Sequence record: PP496443.1
DNA: 64,000 nt
Direction: 5' to 3' (one strand)
Of the stretch, positions 26,740 through 34,091 are shown in pieces. The position numbers and the translations under genes are program-made. The notes under the pieces are model-generated. The model made no database searches and was not told the origin of the DNA. It saw nothing but the letters and a program-made list of their open reading frames with translations. Each line of letters opens with the position of its first letter. The stretch's first letter is position 1.

Positions 26740-28824
26740 ATGAAATCCGTGAACCCCATCTTCAAGCACGTTCCCCAGTTCGACTGGCCTGTCATTCCCC
26801 GTGCGCAGTGGGAAGAGATCATCAAGGGAAAAGAGCATGTTATGTTCGACTCCTTCTCGCAGCTCGCTCAAGTGTTGGCTATCCCGGTGAGCAGTTACCA
26901 GTTCTACTTCGAAGATGGGTCCACGTTGTTCGCCGGTCCCGAAGCAACCTTCACCGCCGCGCCGTACCCGCTGTATCAGGACCTTGAATTCGTCCTGACC
27001 CCTGACGAGACGTTGGTACCGGGTCTTGCACTGGATACCAAACCGTGGGGCCTGTACACCGACGAATGGGTGGACAACTACGAAGGTGCGGACAAGGAAG
27101 ACATCGGCAACAAGACCGGGTTCGAATTCATTCCGCTGTCGGACGCCTTGAAACTGGTGGTCCTCAACACGGAGACCATGCAGCTCCAGTACACTGCCAT
27201 CGAGAGCTTCACGTACGACGGCGTGACTTACGTATACCTGCTGGCCGATGGCGTGTGCTGGGTACTGGCGGGCAAGTCCGGTGGTCTGGTTGCCAGCGAG
27301 CATGACAAAGGTGCTGCGTTCATCATGGTGTCCCATCCCGAGTTCGCCGGGTGCAGCGTAGACAACATGTACCCAAGTGAGTTCGGTGAAGCGGAAGCGA
27401 CGTTCTACGTTCAAGACGAGGAACACAATTACCTGGACGCGGCTAACCGCATCTTCGAGGAAGCCAAGGACGTAGGCGCTGGCACTTTCCTGACCATTGA
27501 GACCGGGGATGGACTGCCGACGGCACTGGCCTACAACCTGCGGTACAGTGACGTGGCCCACGTTAACCTGCCGATGCACAACATCCACCAGTTCACGTCT
27601 CTGCACGTACGACTGGGCGAGACGCCTAACTTCTCCGAGGCCCCGGAAGCGTGCCGTATGAAAGAGGTGATGGAGTATCTGGCGGACCCTGAGTCCCCGG
27701 TAGATCATTACTGGTCGGCCATCATGGTACTGGAGAAGAACTTCCCCGGTTTCGCCGACGCCCTGAAAGACTCCAGTGTCCCGACCCGTGACATCGTGCA
27801 CTCCAAACAGGCGTTCAGCTTGGAGATCGATCGCCAGTTCGGCAAGGAAGTGGCAAGCAAGATCGGCCTGAACACTGGCGTATTCGCCCAAGTGAAAGAC
27901 CGTGATGAGTGGCTGACCCGTCAAGACGATTTTCCTACCGACAAGGTGGCCGTTAAGTACAACACCAAACACTTCATCGGCATCTTCGACAAGGACGAGG
28001 TATCGAATTCCATCAACATGTGGCTGGCCGGTCAACCCGGAGAGTCGCTGATGATCGAAGAGTACTTCGGTGAGGGCAATCAGGAATTCAACCTGTGCTA
28101 TGTGATCAACGAAGAGTTCGTGCAGCCGACGCTGTTCCTGTGCGAAGTCAACAAGATCCTCGGTAATGACACCGGCGGCAAAGGTGGCAACACGCTGGCC
28201 TGCCATGATGCTCGTATTAACAAGTACCCTGAGTTCTTCGAGCCGGTCAATAATGCGCTTGCTAACCTGCATGAGCACGTGGAAGGTGTGAAGGGCTGGG
28301 TTGACCTGAGCTTCATGGTCCGCGACGGCATCCCTTACTTCACAGAGTGGTGCATTCGCATCGGCTGCTCCAACAACGCCACCATCGTGCGCCAGATGGA
28401 GACCCCGCTCGACGTTCTTTTGACTAACGTGGTTAACAAGGTGCATACCGAGCTGTCTTGGAAGCACTCCATGTCTGTTAGCGTGGACATCTACAGCATG
28501 CCGCTGTCCGCAGGCAATGATGCCAACATGCAGTTCACCGACTCGCTGACCACTCCGGTAGAGATGGTGTCCCCACTCAATCTGGAATTGGCAGCGGAGA
28601 GTTTCTTCGACCCGATTGATTCGGCCTGGAACGCGGTGTACGACGGCTACATTGTCGAGGCGTACAACCGATATGGCACCGTATCGGGGTATTCCACCAA
28701 CTGGAACTTCGCCTGCAATGCGGCGTACAATCACTTGAAAGATCAGTCGGTGTTGTACGGGGCATACCGCGAAGCGCCTGCCCACCACGACCCACTGACT
28801 CTGTTCCCTTTCCTCAAGGCGTAA
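26740..28824 (+). CDS. PurD-like ATP-grasp amide ligase with a long N-terminal extension
   Basis: EIDRQFGKEVASKIGLNT, VAVKYN, LMIEEYFGEGNQEF, NKILGNDTGGKGGNT, GWVDLSFM...FTEWCIRIG align with PurD ATP-grasp motifs; about 250 extra N-terminal aa. Confidence 0.75.
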   Translation: MKSVNPIFKHVPQFDWPVIPRAQWEEIIKGKEHVMFDSFSQLAQVLAIPVSSYQFYFEDGSTLFAGPEATFTAAPYPLYQDLEFVLTPDETLVPGLALDTKPWGLYTDEWVDNYEGADKEDIGNKTGFEFIPLSDALKLVVLNTETMQLQYTAIESFTYDGVTYVYLLADGVCWVLAGKSGGLVASEHDKGAAFIMVSHPEFAGCSVDNMYPSEFGEAEATFYVQDEEHNYLDAANRIFEEAKDVGAGTFLTIETGDGLPTALAYNLRYSDVAHVNLPMHNIHQFTSLHVRLGETPNFSEAPEACRMKEVMEYLADPESPVDHYWSAIMVLEKNFPGFADALKDSSVPTRDIVHSKQAFSLEIDRQFGKEVASKIGLNTGVFAQVKDRDEWLTRQDDFPTDKVAVKYNTKHFIGIFDKDEVSNSINMWLAGQPGESLMIEEYFGEGNQEFNLCYVINEEFVQPTLFLCEVNKILGNDTGGKGGNTLACHDARINKYPEFFEPVNNALANLHEHVEGVKGWVDLSFMVRDGIPYFTEWCIRIGCSNNATIVRQMETPLDVLLTNVVNKVHTELSWKHSMSVSVDIYSMPLSAGNDANMQFTDSLTTPVEMVSPLNLELAAESFFDPIDSAWNAVYDGYIVEAYNRYGTVSGYSTNWNFACNAAYNHLKDQSVLYGAYREAPAHHDPLTLFPFLKA

Positions 28825-28827
28825 TCC

Positions 28828-29991
28828 ATGAGCACTCCATTCCAAGAGTTCACCCTAGAAGGGTGGATTCGCTACATGAGAGATGAAAGCATCATCTGGC
28901 GCGCGTACGCTGATGGTCATCCGGATAAGGTCGAGTTCAGCCCGAAGTGGCGTGACGAGATGTATCGGTTGATGGTGCAGTTCAAAGATCTGCTGCCGAT
29001 GTCGTTTTCCAATCCGGTGTACGGCTTCACTGAAGGTTGGCTGGAAGGGCTCGGACTCCAGCCCTTTTATGGCGATGATCCGTTCAATCCGATGGTGCAA
29101 CCTCTTAGCCACCCTCTGGTGCATGTGGGGCTTCCGTTTACTCTGAGCGAGCTGACGGCGGGCGTATGGGACTGGCAGTCCCTGAGCGCGCACCTAGGGC
29201 GTCCGCTGCTGGTCGATACATTCGAACCGATCCCAGTGCCATCTATTAGCCTGGACGCTTACAAAGCCGTCCTGACCGTACGGGACCGGGAAGAGATCGT
29301 GATGAGTGCGGGAACCCCGGTGAACTACTTCCTCTGGTTGAATAGTCCGATCACCGAACTCAAAGACGACTTCGACGTTTATCTGGCCAGCCTGACGAAG
29401 AAGCGCCGCTACAAAGTGAAGCAGGCACTGGCGACAGTGGGCACCGAAGAGAACCCGGCTATCAGCGTCAGTACTGGATCTCGTTTCGGCGAAGGGTTGT
29501 TGTCCGATCAGGTGAACAGCATCCTCGCGACTTTCGAAGATCCGGTGGACATCGAGTGCATGCTTCTTCAGCTGCTGTTCGGGGTGGCAACCTGCAATAC
29601 CCATCCGCATCTTGTCGATCTGGTTTGTGCAGACCAGCAGTTGGGGATCTTCATCAAGCGTAACGGCCATACGATGAACTTCCTCTACAACCGTGACCCT
29701 GACAACCGCGCTGACTCAGGCATCAACCTGCTGACCCAGTACGTGCGCCATCTGCACATGAACCGCCCGGAAGGTGTGATGTACGTGGACCCGACATGTC
29801 GATATCGGCCTGACGAGGACAGTATGAACACCTACAAGCGGGTGATCACCAACGAGAACCGGTATCACCCAATGCCGTTCGTCTCGGCTGACCCTGCGCA
29901 TATCGAAGGTGTGATTACCCCGGCGTTCATTGCAGGTCATTGGCAGATGTCGGCGTCCAATGGCCCGGCCAATCCTGAGATGATGGAGTAA
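28828..29991 (+). CDS. Fem/BioF2-type GNAT-fold transferase 4
   Basis: DDFDVYLASLTKKRRYKVKQAL (typical BioF2/Fem motif), SGINLLTQYV, YVDPTC...TYKRVI. Confidence 0.65.
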   Translation: MSTPFQEFTLEGWIRYMRDESIIWRAYADGHPDKVEFSPKWRDEMYRLMVQFKDLLPMSFSNPVYGFTEGWLEGLGLQPFYGDDPFNPMVQPLSHPLVHVGLPFTLSELTAGVWDWQSLSAHLGRPLLVDTFEPIPVPSISLDAYKAVLTVRDREEIVMSAGTPVNYFLWLNSPITELKDDFDVYLASLTKKRRYKVKQALATVGTEENPAISVSTGSRFGEGLLSDQVNSILATFEDPVDIECMLLQLLFGVATCNTHPHLVDLVCADQQLGIFIKRNGHTMNFLYNRDPDNRADSGINLLTQYVRHLHMNRPEGVMYVDPTCRYRPDEDSMNTYKRVITNENRYHPMPFVSADPAHIEGVITPAFIAGHWQMSASNGPANPEMME

Positions 29992-29993
29992 CC

Positions 29994-30941
29994 ATGGCAA
30001 AGCACAAGGTCAAAAGGTTGGAAATCAACCACATCTACGACTTCTACCCGTTGTATCAGGTGATGTACGGGCGTGGCATGGAGACCAAAGCGTTCGAGGT
30101 CTCCAAGTTCGCCAAGATGGTGCTGGACTTCGAAGCATCAACCAGTACTCGCCGGAAGTGGGACGTGCTGGAACCTTTCAGCGGTATCAGCGAGCATGAA
30201 CACTTCTTCGCTGCTACTGGCCTGAACATCGAGCACTACACCGGCATGGACATCGTGGTTCCAGATGGGGCCAAAAACGTCATTCAAGGTGACATCATCA
30301 CCGACACCCTTCCGTTTCACGTCAACGCGGTGTTCGCCTTCTACTACAGCTTGCAGAATGTACGGGACGCCAAGACTGGCATGCACACGCGGGAAAAGCT
30401 GGTGGAGTTCTTCGACAACATCCTCGGCCATCTGCAAGTCAATGCGAACAAGAGCCGTATGCCCGCAGTGTTCGCTTTCCACCTTGACCAGCCTGAAGAC
30501 CCTAATTACTATCTGACGTCCCGTGCCGACGTTGGAGGTGAACAGTCATGGACCGCACCCGCGTGTGGTCTGCTGGGGCAGTGGGTCAAGTGCAAGCCTA
30601 CTGATACTCTGGAAGTGAAGTGCAATCTGGACACCTGGTACAACCGTGTGCAGTGCACCGCGTACGATCAGGCGGAGGATATCCAGATTCTGGTAAATGG
30701 GCGAGTAGTGGCTACCGTTGAGATCGAACAGCCGTTCACCCATCGGGTCTGGACCGAGCACGAGGTTATCGATATCCTGCGTGGTCTGGACTACAATCTG
30801 CACTTCCACATGTACAACGGCACCATCTCCAATTACGACTTCTTGATGACCCGTTTGGAAGACAAGCCCGTTCCCGGCGATGAAGAGGCTAATACTAATC
30901 AGATGACAACTGATATGCTGGTTGTCGTTAATCCGAGGTAA
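29994..30941 (+). CDS. Class I SAM-dependent methyltransferase-fold protein 1
   Basis: DVLEPFSG (motif I variant), YTGMDI, VIQGDI, VNAVFAFYYSL. Confidence 0.65.
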   Translation: MAKHKVKRLEINHIYDFYPLYQVMYGRGMETKAFEVSKFAKMVLDFEASTSTRRKWDVLEPFSGISEHEHFFAATGLNIEHYTGMDIVVPDGAKNVIQGDIITDTLPFHVNAVFAFYYSLQNVRDAKTGMHTREKLVEFFDNILGHLQVNANKSRMPAVFAFHLDQPEDPNYYLTSRADVGGEQSWTAPACGLLGQWVKCKPTDTLEVKCNLDTWYNRVQCTAYDQAEDIQILVNGRVVATVEIEQPFTHRVWTEHEVIDILRGLDYNLHFHMYNGTISNYDFLMTRLEDKPVPGDEEANTNQMTTDMLVVVNPR

Positions 30942-30943
30942 GA

Positions 30944-31861
30944 ATGGCTAAGCCCAAGATCCCTACACGAACCATCCCCACGTTGTACCAAGACTGGGGG
31001 TTGTACAGCGCCATCTGCGAACTGCCGCAGGAGACGATGCTGATGATGTCGCGCTTCGTGGCAGACCGGACTATAGAGCATGCTAATAGGCATGACATAG
31101 ATCGTGTGTCGATCATGGAACCTTTCAGTGGTCCTATCCCGTATTACGAACCTGATATCGACAGTTTCCTTACTAGAGCTGGCATAGGTTTAGACACGTA
31201 TGATCATGTGGAATACCTGGATCACGGCAAACTATCGGAAGACAACGGCATCATCATCGGTGACATCACCACCATCGATCTGAAGCAGAAGTACGACGTC
31301 ATCTACGGCAGTTACGGCAGCTTGGCCTGCCTGCTGCTGGATCAGACGCACAACAAAGCTTACGAGAAGTCGCACGCGGCGCTGGTCAACATCCGCAACC
31401 ACCTGAAACCCAACGGCATCTTCGTCCTGAACGCCAACGGATCCAGCGAAAGCCTGCTGAATAACCTGTTGAACTCCGATGAGCCGGATCAGGAGATTCG
31501 CGTCCGTCCGGGATCGCAGTTGGGTAAGGCGTTCCGAATCAAACCAGACAGTAACGCGCTGCTTCGCTTCACCTATCATGTGGAGTACGACCGGCGCACC
31601 ACCTGCACCATGTGCCACTACAGCGATATGGTGCTGTCTGTAAATGGAGTTGACATCCAGCGCTGGGAGGTGGAATCCCCGACGTATCTTGCGCCGCTGG
31701 ACGAACCCGAACTAATTCGAATGGCAGGTATGGCAGGTTTCAATCTGGACAACACTGAGTTTTACGGATTGGACACCACCGGTTATCCTGCCTTCTTCAA
31801 AATGGATACGGTCTGCGACGGGTCATGGTCACCCGCCGAGTTCGTAGTCTTTCGCACCTAA
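30944..31861 (+). CDS. Class I SAM-dependent methyltransferase-fold protein 2 (paralog)
   Basis: SIMEPFSG, IIIGDI, KYDVIYGSYGSL, NIRNHLKPNGIFVL. Confidence 0.75.
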   Translation: MAKPKIPTRTIPTLYQDWGLYSAICELPQETMLMMSRFVADRTIEHANRHDIDRVSIMEPFSGPIPYYEPDIDSFLTRAGIGLDTYDHVEYLDHGKLSEDNGIIIGDITTIDLKQKYDVIYGSYGSLACLLLDQTHNKAYEKSHAALVNIRNHLKPNGIFVLNANGSSESLLNNLLNSDEPDQEIRVRPGSQLGKAFRIKPDSNALLRFTYHVEYDRRTTCTMCHYSDMVLSVNGVDIQRWEVESPTYLAPLDEPELIRMAGMAGFNLDNTEFYGLDTTGYPAFFKMDTVCDGSWSPAEFVVFRT

Positions 31862-31871
31862 CGAGGTTACT

Positions 31872-33107
31872 ATGAGCGTTATCATCCCCACCGTAGCGAT
31901 GGAGAGTGGTCAGCCAGACATGATCATTCAAGGCTGTTCCACTGGTCGCGTCTCTATGGCCGAGCCTAACGAGAGCGCCAAACCTAAGTCTTCCAAGAAG
32001 CTGTACGAACGTGAAGACCTGATGGCGTACGACAGCGAGTCGGAGCACTGGCAGAAGCAGTTGGCCCGCCGCTACGCTCACCACGGTGAGATGGTCGGTG
32101 TGTTGAACAACGTCGAGGTGGTGCCGGAAGCCACCTATCAGAACTTCGACATGAAGATCACCCCGTACACCGCGCAGTTGATGGACCAGAACGACCCCAA
32201 CTGCCCGATCCGTTTGCAGTACATGCCGACCAACAAAGAGCTGGAGTCGATTCAGCGCGAAGAGACCATGCACAACGAGCTGGGCGAGGAAGAGGACACC
32301 ATCCCCGGTACCTCGGTCGTGCATCGCTACCCGCGTCGCGTCTTGTTCCTGACCACTACCCAATGCGCCAGCTTCTGCCGTTACTGCACCCGTGCACGCA
32401 TCGTCTCCCACGGCGGCGAAGCGGCGATCACCAAGAAGCACCTTGACGCCAGCATCGACTACATCGCCGGGAACAAGGACATCGAAGACGTGCTGCTGTC
32501 CGGCGGTGACCCGTTCATCCTCCCAGACAACAAGCTCGACGAGATCCTCGGTCGTATCCGTGCTGAAGCACCTCACGTTCGCTTCCTGCGTATTGGTAGC
32601 CGACTGCCGGTCCAGATGCCGACTCGTATCACTCCAGAGCTGTGCGAGATTCTGGAACGCCACAACGTCAACATGGTCAACATCCATGTGAACCACCCGA
32701 AAGAGGTTACCCCTCTGCTGGCCTCCCGGTTGAAGATGCTGCGTAAAGCGGGCGTCATGCTGGGCAATCAGGCGGTCCTGCTGAAAGGCGTGAACGACTC
32801 CATCGAGGTGATGACCGAGCTGTGCTTGCGCATGGTCGAGATGGGTGTGCGTCCGTACTACGTCTACTCCAACGATCCGGTTGCGCAGGCCGCACACTTC
32901 ACCGTCTCGCTCCGTGATATGCTGGACATCAACGAAGGCATGCGTGGCTTCCTGTCCGGCCCGGCAATGCCCACCTTCGTGGTGGATGGCGTCGGTGGCT
33001 TGGGCAAGATGCCCGTGCAGAAAGAGTACGTATCAATGCTGGGCAGTGGTAAGATCTGGGCCACCAACTTCGAAGGAATGACCACCCGCATGCCCCATCT
33101 GGAGTAA
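31872..33107 (+). CDS. kamA: KamA/EpmB-family radical SAM PLP-dependent aminomutase (lysine 2,3-aminomutase-like)
   Basis: HRYPRRVL, CASFCRYC (CxxxCxxC), LLSGGDP, RIGSRLPV, HVNHPKE, NQAVLLKGVND, PYY, PTFVVDGVGGLGK (PLP lysine). Confidence 0.93.
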   Translation: MSVIIPTVAMESGQPDMIIQGCSTGRVSMAEPNESAKPKSSKKLYEREDLMAYDSESEHWQKQLARRYAHHGEMVGVLNNVEVVPEATYQNFDMKITPYTAQLMDQNDPNCPIRLQYMPTNKELESIQREETMHNELGEEEDTIPGTSVVHRYPRRVLFLTTTQCASFCRYCTRARIVSHGGEAAITKKHLDASIDYIAGNKDIEDVLLSGGDPFILPDNKLDEILGRIRAEAPHVRFLRIGSRLPVQMPTRITPELCEILERHNVNMVNIHVNHPKEVTPLLASRLKMLRKAGVMLGNQAVLLKGVNDSIEVMTELCLRMVEMGVRPYYVYSNDPVAQAAHFTVSLRDMLDINEGMRGFLSGPAMPTFVVDGVGGLGKMPVQKEYVSMLGSGKIWATNFEGMTTRMPHLE

Positions 33108-33171
33108 GCGTTCCCAGACACTCCCTAGTTCCATTGTACAAGCTTCAAATGCCCCATTTGCGCTAGGTCCT

Positions 33172-33178
33172 GTAAATG
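33172..33178 (+). promoter_or_regulatory. GTAAATR box
   Basis: GTAAATG in the 3' arm of the CCCCATTT...AAATGGGG hairpin, upstream of 33259. Confidence 0.5.
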
Positions 33179-33258
33179 GGGTTGCTTATCAGCGTTGCAA
33201 TGTGTTACGCTGGATTGGACCCATTTTATTCCGATAACCGAAACCCCGAGGTATCACC

Positions 33259-33690
33259 ATGAGCTTCACAGTAACCGTAGCTGCACAGACCATCGCTGCC
33301 CCTGAGTCGCTGGGTAGCCCGAAAGGCATCAGCGTCCTCGAAGCCAACGAAGGCTTTGCTGTCATCGAATTCCAACGTCCTCGCGCCTCGAAGCGTGACC
33401 AGATCGCCGTCCCTCGCGTCCAGATCCTTTCCCTGAGCCACGGCAGCGCCGACGGCGACAGCGGTTACCTGATCGCTCAAGGCATGGCCGGTGTGGCCGA
33501 CGAATTCGAAGCCGCAAGCTTCACCATCGAAGGCAACGTTGCCACGTTCGTGACCGCTGAAGGCGCCACTATCGAAACCGACGCACGTCTGACCCGTATC
33601 CTCGCTTACGGCGTGGAAGAGGGCGAAAACAGCCTGCTGGGTAAGCCGGAAAAGAAAGTAAAACCGAAAGCAAGCACCAAGAAGAAGTAA
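33259..33690 (+). CDS. Hypothetical protein with basic C-terminal tail (143 aa)
   Basis: GAGGT RBS, biased codons, followed by a terminator. Confidence 0.75.
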   Translation: MSFTVTVAAQTIAAPESLGSPKGISVLEANEGFAVIEFQRPRASKRDQIAVPRVQILSLSHGSADGDSGYLIAQGMAGVADEFEAASFTIEGNVATFVTAEGATIETDARLTRILAYGVEEGENSLLGKPEKKVKPKASTKKK

Positions 33691-33720
33691 TCAACACGGC
33701 CCGCGCCGGTTGAGATTGTA

Positions 33721-33752
33721 AAAAGCCCCTTCCGTTCGGTTGGGGCTTTTTC
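33721..33752 (+). terminator. Rho-independent terminator
   Basis: AAAAGCCCC...GGGGCTTTTT. Confidence 0.8.
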
Positions 33753-33770
33753 GTTATACCGAGGTGTCCC

Positions 33771-34091
33771 ATGGCTAAAGACAGATTCCTGATCTACTCC
33801 AAAAACTGCTTAGGGTGTAAACACCTCGTTGATGGAGCCAAGAAGACCTACACTGCGTGTCACTACAGTGAAGGCAACGAACGCTGCCCCGCGCAGTACG
33901 TCCAGATTATTACGGGTGTGGATATCCATGCCTTGGCTACTGAGTTGGCAGACGCCATCAGGGCTAACAATTCCAAGAAGTACGATCGGGTGAATGCCAA
34001 GATCGGTAAATTGGACACTGTGATTGCCAGTAGTGTGAAGCTGGCCGCAGACAACCTAATAGCAGGGGCCGGTGATGGCGAAGGTAAATAG
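33771..34091 (+). CDS. Hypothetical protein with Cys motifs (106 aa)
   Basis: CLGCKH...C...C; GAGGT RBS; overlaps the gyrB-like start. Confidence 0.65.
   Translation: MAKDRFLIYSKNCLGCKHLVDGAKKTYTACHYSEGNERCPAQYVQIITGVDIHALATELADAIRANNSKKYDRVNAKIGKLDTVIASSVKLAADNLIAGAGDGEGK

Noticed and set aside
26437-28845. 802-aa antisense ORF
   Set aside because: It shadows the ATP-grasp gene codon for codon; the sense gene's biased codons avoid TTA/CTA/TCA, which removes antisense stops. No motifs or RBS; the translation has typical shadow composition.
31797-32897. 366-aa antisense ORF over kamA (and similar ones over gyrB, polA, clamp, SF2 helicase and dnaB)
   Set aside because: Shadow ORFs of genes with unambiguous motifs.
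31872-33107. Explaining KamA simply as EF-P modification (EpmB) or N-acetyl-beta-lysine osmolyte synthesis (AblAB)
   Set aside because: No EpmA/EF-P or AblB-type acetyl-CoA GNAT is adjacent, and neither pathway explains the QueC-like, ATP-grasp and methyltransferase genes. Not excluded, but not preferred.
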